Positions 1 through 10,078 of a DNA stretch of 64,000 bases are shown in pieces (within the stretch, counting starts at the first letter, position 1; the number at the start of each line of letters is the position of its first letter). Both the position numbers and the translations under genes were made by a program. The DNA comes from Okamejei kenojei (taxonomy: Eukaryota). The stretch is taken from positions 18,352,001 to 18,416,000 of the forward strand of contig CM069164.1 in the NCBI GenBank assembly GCA_035221665.1. Direction: 5' to 3'. A model generated the notes under the pieces. It worked only from the letters and a program-made list of their open reading frames with translations, was not told the origin of the DNA and did no database searches.

Positions 1-43
1 GCAAATGTATGATCATTACTTTAGCACTTGTTCCCAATCATAC

Positions 44-154
44 CTGCTCCTCCTTGAATGTATTTGTTGATCTCTTTTTTCTTCCAAACAAAAAGCATTT
101 TTTGGACTTTTCTTTTCTGTGACCAGAGTTGCTAATGATCAGGTCAGATCCACC
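44..154 (-). CDS. PRTG: Protogenin exon 19 equivalent (cytoplasmic, basic cluster), 111 nt
   Basis: caacag|GGT GGA TCT...GAG CAG|gtatga; hand-translated GGSDLIISNSGHRKEKSKKCFLFGRKKRSTNTFKEEQ. Confidence 0.9.
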
Positions 155-584
155 CTGTTGTAAAGAGTACATTCACCAAGGTTACTTTATGCTCACTTGC
201 AGCCTGTTGCGCAGAATGTGCTCAAGTTGCACTTTGTGCTGTTGGCTTGGGTCACGACCAGAAATGTCTGCCCATTCCCTCAGCAGATGCTGCCTGACCT
301 GCTGGGCTCCTCCAGTACTTTGTGTTTTCCTCCTTTCAGCTTGCTCTTAAACCATTTACTTAATTTGTTTTCCACTGTTTAGGGACTGAAACTATTTTAG
401 GATTTAACAAGATTACTCATCAGGAGTCAGGATGTAATTCAGCATGGAAACAGGTCCTTTGCCCCAATTTGTCCACCCCGACCAATGTGCCCCATCTACA
501 CTAGACCGACCTGCCTGCATTTGTCCCATATCCCTCGACCTTCTGAATTTCATAGTCGGCAGGGCAGTACTCTGCATATCGCCA

Positions 585-807
585 ACTTGGACAATTTTAC
601 ATTTTTATCAAGCCAGTTAACCAACAAACCTGTACGTCTTTGGAGTGTGGGAGGAAACCGAAGATCTCAGAGAAAACCCACACAGATCACGGGGAGAACG
701 TACAAACTCCATACAGACAGCACCCGTAGTCGGGATCGAACCCGGGTCTCTGGCGCTGCATTTTGCTGCAGGGCAGCAACTCTACCGCTGTGCCACCGTG
801 ACTGCCC
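585..807 (-). mobile_element. tRNA-derived HE1-like V-SINE, inserted in a CR1 3' tail fragment (about 430-860)
   Basis: Minus strand GGTGGCACAGCGG (A box), GGTTCGATCCC (B box), V-domain GTACGTTCTCCCCGTG...GGTTTCCTCCCACACTCCAAAGACGT. Confidence 0.9.
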
Positions 808-1261
808 TCTGCTATCCCATGTTAAATGTTTCTTAAATGTTGTGGTAGTACCTGCCTCATTAGGATTAATGCCTACTTTTACATCACTAGTCCCCTTTTT
901 AAATATAACAAGTTTAACAAAAGTACTCCTAAAATGCTTTTTGTGTTTTCTCCTGCTCAAAATAAGTTTCTATTTGGAAGTTCGAATTTCAGATTGGTAT
1001 GTAAATTACTCGTCTTCAATTTTCTCTGTTCCTGGTTTCTCTCCTTTTACTTCTCAGCCCCTGAACTATTTACACACATGTCCCCAAGTCATCTGAACTG
1101 ACCTAATAATAAGTGGCACTCTTCATCTCCACCCCTGGAATGCAAAGGGTGAGCAGACTTTCATTAGACAACACCAAATGAGTTCGCTGCAAAGTACTTT
1201 GGAATGTCCTCAGATTGTGCAGACAAGATATAAATGCAAATCATTTTCCATTATTAAGGCC

Positions 1262-1860
1262 AAAGATGCCTGAAGATGGGAGCACAGATGGATAACGCAA
1301 TAAAGGAGGCATGTGGGATGCTTGCCTTCATTAGCCGAGATATAAGGCACAAAGAGGTCTTGATTAGGACGCAGCTGAAATGCTGGGAGCAGTTCTGTTC
1401 ATCAACAATGAGGATATGGATATGGATTGCACTGGAGTGGGCAGAGGAGACTCACCAGGATATCATCTGGGGTGGAACATTTCAGTTAGGAAGAGAGATT
1501 GGAGAGGATTAGTTTGGACTGGATAAAACTTAGGGGCTACTTGGTAGAGTTACACAGAAATATGTGAGGCATGGATAGAAACTTTACCTGATGATAGAGA
1601 TATCTATGACCATAGGAAATAGGTTGAGGTGATTTAGAGGAAACCAGAAGAATGGTTTGCGACTCAGAGGGTGCCTGGAATCTGGAATGTACATCTGGAT
1701 GTGGTGGTGAAGTCAGAGACTGTCACAGAAACATCTGGATGAGCACTTAAATCATCAAGGAATAGCAGGGTATGATTCAAGTGTTGGTAAATGCAATTAG
1801 TCTGGTTAGGTACTCGTTGGCTGATATGATGAGCTGAAGGGCCAGCTTCTTTTCTAAGAT
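1262..1860 (+). mobile_element. Highly degraded CR1 LINE 3' fragment
   Basis: GGGATGCTTGCCTTCATTAGCCGAG and ACTCAGAGGGTG...TGGAATCTGGAAT resemble the 3' region of the CR1 at 53780-54400. Confidence 0.75.
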
Positions 1861-1962
1861 AGTACAAACTATTTACTGTCATAAAGAAGTAGTGCCTTGT
1901 TTTGGAAGGAGAAGAGGCAAGCAACATAATAACAATATGAATAAAAACAAAAATAAAATTAC

Positions 1963-2128
1963 CTTGGTGTCCAAGAAGGCATTTTCAGGCATCATTGGCA
2001 TTAAGGTTTCCATATTTTCCCACTGTTCATCCTTACTCTTGGCAAGATGGTTCCCATTGACCAGTGGCCTCGTCACATGTGCTAACTGAACGTTTCCTTG
2101 TTGCTCAGCTTTGACAGCACTGGATTTC
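1963..2128 (-). CDS. PRTG: Protogenin exon 18 equivalent (cytoplasmic), 166 nt
   Basis: gtccag|G AAA TCC...ACC AAG|gtaatt; KSSAVKAEQQGNVQLAHV...LMPMMPENAFLDTK. Confidence 0.93.
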
Positions 2129-2474
2129 CTGGACAAACAGAAACATTCACCATTTAAAGGAAACTTCAACAAAAATACTGTCATCATCAGATTGTGCAGG
2201 TGCTGAATGTAGTCCCAGTTTATTCACTGAAGCAAGTGGAAATGGCAGAAAGTTAGTAAATGCTACCTTTTTCAAAAGATGACATTTTAGTAAAAATGTT
2301 TAAATACAAGTAATAATGAGTCTAGGCGGGGCTGGTGGGTGAAGATTTGCAGCACAGACTGCTGAACATCTCCCACTCACAATTATATTCAAAACATTTA
2401 GAATACATTTCAATATAAATCTTTACCCATTATCTTTAACTGTCTGCATGTTGTGCCCAACACTTAAACAATAC

Positions 2475-2598
2475 CTTGCTTTGCTTCTATAAAGGAGGAT
2501 CAGGATGCAGATGATAATACAAGTCAGGGCAATGCAAACTCCAACGATAATCCCAGTCATTGATTTTTGGTCCAGGTGATAAAATACATCAGAGTTAC
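2475..2598 (-). CDS. PRTG: Protogenin exon 17 equivalent (transmembrane helix), 124 nt
   Basis: ccacag|GT AAC TCT...GCA AG|gtattg; hand-translated [41 protein letters not shown]. Confidence 0.94.
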
Positions 2599-2833
2599 CT
2601 GTGGAACAAGCAAAGTGGTATGTTCATTAGAACCATCGAAACTGGTTAATATGGCTTTGTGCAGAAAAGGTCAGTCACAACTTTTTTGAGCAGGTAACAA
2701 TGAATGATGAGGATAGGGAAGCAGATGTTGACTATGTTCTAAATATATTATATCCTTTTAGCTTTTGTTATTACTTTATCAGAAATCTCCACCTTTAAAT
2801 TCATTTTACTGGGGAATAAAAGAACTTGCAGAG

Positions 2834-3395
2834 TACAGGCTATTCTGCTATAACACAACAGTTGAATTTCTAAGAAACCTCACGTTATATGCAATTGTGT
2901 TATAAAAACAATTATGTTAATGGGGGAAAAAAAGGAGCGAGAGTGTTTCACACTCAGATTAACAAACTACTTTTCCTGCAGGATTTTCAAATAAAGATCT
3001 TTTTAATAAGTTTATTTTTGTTAGTGGAAGCAAAAAATACTGAAGGCTGCATGTTACTTGTTTAATAGACTATTGCACAAGTGTCAGCAGAAGCAATTGC
3101 TTTCAATTTCAGGCACAATCAGTGATGTAACTGACAGACAGTGTTCTAAAGAGACAATGGTGTCTGATTACTGCAGGGAGGTAAAATGCAGGGTTTTTTA
3201 ACCCCAGCCTGTTTCCTTCCCTCAAGAGTTTTTTATTTTGCTTGCCAAATTCCAAAGTAACTCTTAAGAGGTTCCCCAGATCCTATCAAAATTGCATTAT
3301 AACCAACTCAGCCCGCGTACCTCAAATAGTGTTCCTTGATTAATCGTGTTATATCCAATTAGCTTTATGGAAACATGCATTGCTGTAGAATGTGG
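2834..3395. mobile_element. Possible old Tc1/mariner (Tigger-like) MITE
   Basis: TA-CAGG...GCTATAACAC at left; repeated GTGTTATA motifs at both ends; right TIR degraded. Confidence 0.4.
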
Positions 3396-3638
3396 ATTAA
3401 ACAAGCATCTACTCCATACATTCCTAATTCACTGTTTCATCTCACCTCATTATCAACATGAACAACATATTAGAATTAGAATAAATTAAAAGTATCTTGA
3501 GCCACAGTGTAAATTGCCCAGTTTATCTTTCTTTGTAGCTCAGCATTTCACTAACAAGGTCGTTTATTTAATTTACTGCAAAATACATCTGGCAGTAAAA
3601 GATGCACAAAGTTATATTGGCTTGGACTATGTATTTAC

Positions 3639-3830
3639 CTTTGGCATCTGCACTGCTGAGAGAGTCAGACCACTTTGGCCCTTGACTGAAGTATACAGTC
3701 TCTGTAGCAGGGATCACCAGTTCTACAATGTTGGAAAAGGGTCCCTCTCCTACTTCATTTGTTGCAGATATTTGAATGAGGTATACATTTCCTGGATCAA
3801 GGTTTTCCAACAAAGTCATAGTAATTGATC
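3639..3830 (-). CDS. PRTG: Protogenin exon 16 equivalent (FN3-5 C-part and stalk), 192 nt
   Basis: ttttag|GA TCA ATT...AAA G|gtaaat; [33 protein letters not shown]...SSADAK. Confidence 0.95.
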
Positions 3831-4544
3831 CTAAAAACAATCATAACATTAGTGGATTGAAGGCGAAAAACAAAAAAAAAAGAAACAAAGGCATGATCTC
3901 GTGAAGCAAGCACAATGCATTATTTCAATATAACAATTTTGAAAATTGCAATGAATACATTTGGCAGGTCAACTTGCACCTGGCACACAAAGTCAGCAGG
4001 ATGGTGTGGAGTAACAAATTGGATTAAAGTTTGTTCCATGTATGAACACATGTGGAAGAGCCTGCTGAATTATGCAATGCCAGATACATTTCCATTACGT
4101 TTGCTGTACAGGAATAATGGACTGGTGCCTGGCTATGAGACCAGGCCTAACCCAACAGGACGTGGCCACAAGTTATGTGCTACCTGTGCCTATGGCAGTG
4201 AGAGCCAGGTGCTGATAAGCAACATTTGCACAAGGCAATGAACACCTTCAACACAATAGATTCTTCACTACATGACATTGATTGCTGTAGCTGCCATTGA
4301 GTTGACCACTGACCAGGCCTTGTTCATTCATAATCATCAGGCTGCATGAGTTTTCAGCCAGGATGTTGGATCACAAACATGTTGCAGGAAGCTGGGAACA
4401 TTATGGACCACTTTGGCTGTAATTTACTGCACAATTCTCAGACTCTCTTTTTCACTGATTTCATGAAAGTTTAGTCAAGTAGTTTGCAGCTTCCAGATTT
4501 AAAACTGAATACTCAAGAGTTCACACTTGCTGAGTGAAGCTCAC

Positions 4545-4715
4545 CTTCCCGATGGAGCACTTGCCACTCGCCACCAATCCAAGCTTTCCTAGAAGCATAC
4601 AGGATGGTGTAATGGGTGACAGCGGTGTTGGTGTTTTCTGGGGGCTTCCAAGAAATGAGAGCAGTTCCTTCTTCTATCAACGTGGCTTTGACTCCTGAAG
4701 GGGGATTGGTTGGAG
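4545..4715 (-). CDS. PRTG: Protogenin exon 15 equivalent (FN3-5 N-part), 171 nt
   Basis: ttgcag|CT CCA ACC...GAA G|gtgagc; [25 protein letters not shown]...[13 protein letters not shown]. Confidence 0.96.
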
Positions 4716-4744
4716 CTGCAAGAGAGATTAATAACAGAGTGTCA

Positions 4745-5480
4745 GATTCATAGAATTCAGAAACAAGATATTTGGCCCAACTCATCCATGTGGACCAAGA
4801 TGCTCCATCCAAGCTAATCCCATTTGCTTGCGCCTGGTAGATGTCCCTCTAAACCTTTCCTATCCACGTTCTGTCCAAATATATTTTAAAAGTTGTAATT
4901 GTACTCGCCTCAAGTTACTTCCACTGGCAGCATGTTCCATATCCCCGGAAACCCTGTGTGTAAAAAATGTACTCCTCTGGTTCCTATTAAATCTTCCCCC
5001 ACTACCTTAAACCCATGCCCTCTAGTTCTTGATAGGCAGAAAAAGCTGGAGTAACTCAGCGGACAGGCTGCATCTCTGGAGAGAAGGAATGGGTGACGTT
5101 TCGTGTCAAGACCCTTCTTCAGACTGGTTAGGGATGAAGGAAATGAGAGATATAGATGATGATGTGGAGAGATAAAGAACAATGAATGAAAGATACGCAA
5201 AAAAGAAATGATGATAAAGGAAACAGGCCGTTGTTAGCTGGTGGTGGGGTGAAAATGAGAAGCTAGTGCGACTTGGGTGGGGGAGGGATAGAGAGGGCAT
5301 GCCGTGGCTACCTGAAGTGAGATAAATCAATATTCATACCACTGGGCTGCAAGTTCCTCCAATTTGCATTTAGCCTCACTCTGACAATGGAGGAGACAGA
5401 GGACAGAAAGGTCTGTGCAGGAATGGGAATGAGAATTAATGTGTCCAGCCACCGAACCCTCTAGTTCTTGATTCCTCGAT
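4745..5480 (-). mobile_element. CR1 3' end fragment interrupted by a Penelope-like insertion
   Basis: Minus-strand text TRGHGFKVVGEDLIGTRGVHFLH typical of the CR1 ORF2 end; split at 5034-5456. Confidence 0.75.
5034..5456 (-). mobile_element. Penelope-like element (PLE) 3' fragment with hammerhead motif, 16-bp TSD
   Basis: CCCTCTAGTTCTTGAT at 5018-5033 and 5457-5472; minus strand CTGAAGA-AGGGTCTTGACAC-GAAACGTC; homologous to the terminus of the GIY-YIG-bearing copy at 58020-58497. Confidence 0.8.
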
Positions 5481-5797
5481 CATGGTAAAAAAAAGACTCA
5501 TTGTTGGCAAGGATGTGGGACTGATGCATTGATTCTTGAAGTTGCCCTCAAGTCATAGCCTGTTACCCTGAGAAGTATATTTTTCCTTCTATGGCTGTCA
5601 ATCTGTTAGCCAACATTTGATCTATGTCACTATATTATCCTCAATCTCATGTATTCATAAACACTTGTAGCAGTACAAAATTCGGCAATATTTTGTGGAG
5701 TAAGGCCCATAGCATCTGGAATTTCACTGTCTAAACTTTTATTCGTGCAGGGTACTTCTATCCTCGTTTACTTTTGAATCATCCATTTCTTTCAGAT

Positions 5798-5945
5798 AGA
5801 ATCATAGAAAATAGGTGCAGGAGTAGGCCATTCAATATGATCATGGCTGATCATCCAACTCAGTATCCCGTACCTGCCTTCTCTCCATACCCCCTGATCC
5901 CTTTAGCCACAAGGCCCACATCCAACTCCCTCTTAAATAAGCCAA
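5798..5945 (-). mobile_element. CR1-type 3' UTR fragment
   Basis: ATAGAAAATAGGTGCAGGAGTAGGCCATTC...ATCATGGCTGATCATC; same family as the copies at 51372 and 32650. Confidence 0.75.
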
Positions 5946-6206
5946 TGAAGAACACAGATAGCCACAGATAGAACACAACTCCATTAGGAATGGCCTATTG
6001 TTTTCAAAAAGTGTTTCAAATGTGCACATAAAATACCATGATAAACTCATGCCATAGATTGAAATCCCTTCAATGACGGAATATGCCATAACCATATTGG
6101 ACACCGTGAAAATGAGAGGTTTAAATTCAGGTAAACATTTGTTTCTAAGTAGATGTGATGGGGTTATTTAGGTTCTGAGCTGTGAATAGAGCGTTTTTGT
6201 CCTTAC

Positions 6207-6334
6207 CTTCGGGCAAGGTCAGCTGATAAACCACTGGGCTCCAGGGGCTGGAGAGCTGGTCTGCATGAAGCCGCACTGCAAACTCATACTTAGTGAAGGG
6301 TTGCAGACCATTCACGAGCATGTGCGTCTCAGAA
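6207..6334 (-). CDS. PRTG: Protogenin exon 14 equivalent (FN3-4 C-part), 128 nt
   Basis: atccag|T TCT GAG...GAA G|gtaagg; hand-translated [42 protein letters not shown]. Confidence 0.95.
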
Positions 6335-6585
6335 CTGGATAAAAAATTTGAAAAAAAAAAAGGATATCAGATGAGAAATGTATTTCGGGTGGATTTGAAA
6401 ACGGGATTGAATAAAATGCATTGGTTTGTGCCCTTCTACTTACATGTTAAGTACAACATTATAATAAAATAAATATGAAACAGTTTACTATATGGTATTG
6501 TATACTTAGACCACGCAGCTGGTTTGCCCAGGTAAAATCAAATATAGCAAGCCGATAACTAAGGATTAAGGTAACTGATGACAAA

Positions 6586-6710
6586 GTGTATAGGATGGAA
6601 CGGCAGATGCCGGTTTAAACCGAAGATAGACACAAAACGCTGGAGTAACTCAGCGGGTCAGATAGCATCTCTGATGAAAAGGAATAAATTATGTTTTGGG
6701 TCGAGACCTA
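6586..6710 (-). mobile_element. Penelope-like terminal repeat, truncated
   Basis: GACACAAAACGCTGGAGTAACTCAGCGGGTCAGATAGCATCTC...GGGTCGAGACC. Confidence 0.75.
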
Positions 6711-6970
6711 GACTGTTTAACTGGAAGAAATTTGCTCAAGAATGACACCTCTTGTAAAAGCAAAAATAACCCATTCATGATTATATTGAATTATACTATT
6801 TTTTTTTGGTATATAAATTTTCAAAATAGTTAATTGTCGTTTATTTCCATGTATTTGCAGTAATTCCCTCATTATTCTGATGATAAGCAACACAGGATGA
6901 CACTTATTGTGGCATGTGTTTCCTGCAGTTTATCAATGGTCCACTTCCATAAAAAGGAAGAATTAGGCTC

Positions 6971-6971
<1 letters not shown>

Positions 6972-7006
<35 letters not shown>
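6972..7006 (+). repeat. C35 homopolymer
   Basis: Direct count. Confidence 0.95.
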
Positions 7007-7007
<1 letters not shown>

Positions 7008-7937
7008 TGTGAACTGCATGCTCGAAAAACAAGTAGAAAAAATACTCAGTAGAGATTAAAAAAATAATTGATTTTGGATCAGTGCATCAAGGATAGGGTA
7101 ACAATTTTGAGAAAAATTAAATAAGTAATCTAAGATCTGAACCATTAACATTTTGCAATAGGCAATCCTGCAACACTACTGACCAAGCCACTTCACTAGG
7201 ACATGGTGAAAGAAAAGGAGGCTGAGTTACAACACAGCTCATTGCTTGCAATGTGACTTGTTAACTTGTAATAAAAATATTTCAGAATTGTTAAACAAAG
7301 AATGGTTTAGTGGCACATCACAATGAAAATCATAAGTAAAAGTTTATGGTGTTTGTCTATAAAACCTCTGTTTAGTTAAAAGCTTCAGCCTGCCTGCAGC
7401 TGCCCTTCCCCCTCTGCAACTCTAGAGTAAACAAGTATCTGATCCCAGCTCTATCCAATGAGTCCGAGGTTTCTTTCACATTGCCCGACAACAGATGATA
7501 CCAGGAAGGTGACCAGCATTTTTGCTATCTGACATCCTTATTTACCTTGAGATAAGATGGGAGAAGTTCTCAATAGTGGATTGGCCCTGCTCACGAGGGG
7601 AAGTTGTGGACAGCCACAAGGTGTCACAAACAGACACATTTGTAAAGCCTAGACTTAATTGAAAGCGAATCAGAGCCCAACTGCACTATGAGAAACCATT
7701 GTAAATATTGAATGGCTTTGTCAAATAGCTTCACAAGTACAGGGGCAGAGGTTAACTTTGAAGGTAGTTACAGTAATAGCTATGTCAGGAATTATTCAAA
7801 GTCTGGCTCTCAACTTAATTTCCAAGATGCTGCAAAAAAAATTTAACAATTTAAAAAAGTGACTTTTCCTGCCACTGGTAATAAACACCATCATTAACAC
7901 CTAGAGCTGTAGATTTACAGAGAGGAAATCAACTTAC

Positions 7938-8124
7938 GTTTGAAGGTACATGACAAGTGAAGCATTCTGCAGCCCCACAGGGTTACAGCGGACAGTATAG
8001 TTGATCACTGGTGCTGCAGTGAAAGCCGGCTTCCCCCATTGTAAGGAAATAGAAGATGAACTATTGGCTTTCGCGTACAAGTGATGAGGAGGGGGTGGTG
8101 GAGGCACCATGCGATCTCGAACAG
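7938..8124 (-). CDS. PRTG: Protogenin exon 13 equivalent (FN3-4 N-part), 187 nt
   Basis: tgacag|CT GTT CGA...CAA AC|gtaagt; [34 protein letters not shown]...SLVMYLQT. Confidence 0.96.
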
Positions 8125-9575
8125 CTGTCAAATAAGAACATACACATTATTCATCTCTAGTAGGTTTTCAAAATGTTTAAATAATGGCGATATGTTGAGA
8201 AATTAGAAATGCACTTTGAATTTTTATATGAAGGCCAATACCATAAAATCTATATGCTCTACAGTTTTTTATCAACATGGAAAAGGGATAAGTATTGATG
8301 GTTAACAGCTGCATGCAAATTCTGTCCTCAGGGGAAAAGTTGCTATTGAAAGCCCCACATATAGCCAAAATAAATTGAACAAGACTGATCTTCAAAGCAT
8401 CTGAATATGGAACAACATGTACATTTTTGTCAACATATTAATGATTCTTTTGGAAATGCAAAGGACTGCAGATGCTGGAATCTTGAGCAAAAATAAACAA
8501 ACTGCTGGAGGAATTCATCGGTTGTATTTTTGTTTAATTATTCCTTTATTGAGTTTGCAAAACAAGGATGTTGGATTCCAAGAATATATGATTAAGCTCT
8601 ACAGGGGAATTGACGTGTTTAAAGGATGTGCGAGGGGTTTAAAAAGAATAAAACACATTTGGGAAAATTCTGATGTTTCACCAACCAGCTGAGCACTAGA
8701 AGTATTGATTGCGAGGCACACAAAGGGCAAAGACCAGGCTCCCCTAGAATTGCTATCCAATTCACCGAGTGACTCAGAGCATAGATCTATAGCTTGCTGA
8801 GAATTTGGAATTTTGTGATACGTTCCACTTTTTAGACTGTAGCTGTAGTTCACTCCCATTTTCCTTCACACACAAACTGGTTCAGGAAATTCAGTTTGCT
8901 TGGGATGTATTACTGCTGGACGAAAAGATTTTCCCCGCTATTAGGTGTTACTCTTAAACACCAAAATGCACCCATGTCATTTTATGTTCACGCGGTACAG
9001 TGAAATCAGTGAAAACGTTTTTCAGTGAAATCGCTGAGTTGAAAGGGAACAGGAAATACACTCTGCACGCCCCAAGTCCAGCTGCAAACCTACCCATGTT
9101 GCTGACCCCCAACTCCCCCACACACGTGGCCCCAAACTCCTGATCCTCATCCCGGCTGCCCTCTGAGCCCAAGCCTCCTCCATTGAGTGCGCCGGATGCC
9201 CAACAACCAAGTTTTACAAGCAATCGGATACTGGATTATTGCAGTTTTACGGCCAATAGTTTGCCTTTATCTGTTGTGCAAGGTCTTGACAGAGTGAGAA
9301 AATAGTTTATAAAACCCCAGAGAAAATAAAATCCAATTCCCTATAAATCGGAAATGATTTACGGGAACCAGTGAAACTGTTGAGTGCTTCGGCTGTGACT
9401 GACAGGATGTTTTATTTTTAAGACAGCCGCACCTACAGCTTCAGTATTCATGGCTCGTTATTGGCGTTGAAGATTTAGCAGTGGACAACATTCCAGGAAT
9501 TTTACTTAAAATATACACAACTTCTCAATTATGAAATGAATATTATGAGACAGCGACCACATATTGAGCACTTAC

Positions 9576-9671
9576 ACACACATCCTGGGGTGCTCACTGT
9601 CTGGTCTGCCTGGTAGCCTTCACCCATTGAATTATATGCCAGTAAACGCATGTGATACTTCCTTCGAGGGT
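9576..9671 (-). CDS. PRTG: Protogenin exon 12 equivalent (FN3-3 C-part), 96 nt
   Basis: ttttag|AC CCT CGA...GTG T|gtaagt; hand-translated [32 protein letters not shown]; not in ORF track. Confidence 0.95.
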
Positions 9672-9984
9672 CTAAAAAAAAAATAATAATATCCAGGATT
9701 AGTTGATAGTTTTATTGTGATCGCATTCTTCCCCCACACTCCACTTGATTGTCCCTGTACATCCAGTCAGTGTATATCCACACAAATCAAATTACAATTA
9801 CTCAAATGGATCCTAAACCAGGCAAATGTATAACAATAAAGTGGATGCTAAGAAGTTGAAAAGTGGGAATCTAAATTAAATGGAATTAATAACATTTAAA
9901 AAAAAAATTCATGCAGACATGACTGGTGGATGGATGGGTGATCAGGAAAGTTGCAAACAAAATCCCAAAATATTAAATCAATCA

Positions 9985-10078
9985 CAGTCTGAAGAAGGGT
10001 TTCGACCCGAAATGTTGCCCATTTCCTTCGCTCCATAGATGCTGCCTCACCCACTGAGTTTCTCCAGCATCGTCTACC
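9985..10078 (+). mobile_element. Penelope-like terminal repeat with hammerhead motif
   Basis: GT-CTGAAGA-A-GGGT-TTCG-ACCC-GAAA-TGTT, followed by GATGCTGCCTCACCCACTGAGTTTCTCCAGCA. Confidence 0.8.

Noticed and set aside
485-1096. 203-aa plus-strand ORF
   Set aside because: Antisense read-through of an HE1-like SINE and flanks; no domain or splice support.
8996-9252. Possible Tc1/mariner MITE (TA-CAGTGAAA...)
   Set aside because: Right TIR and TA duplication are too degraded to support a call.
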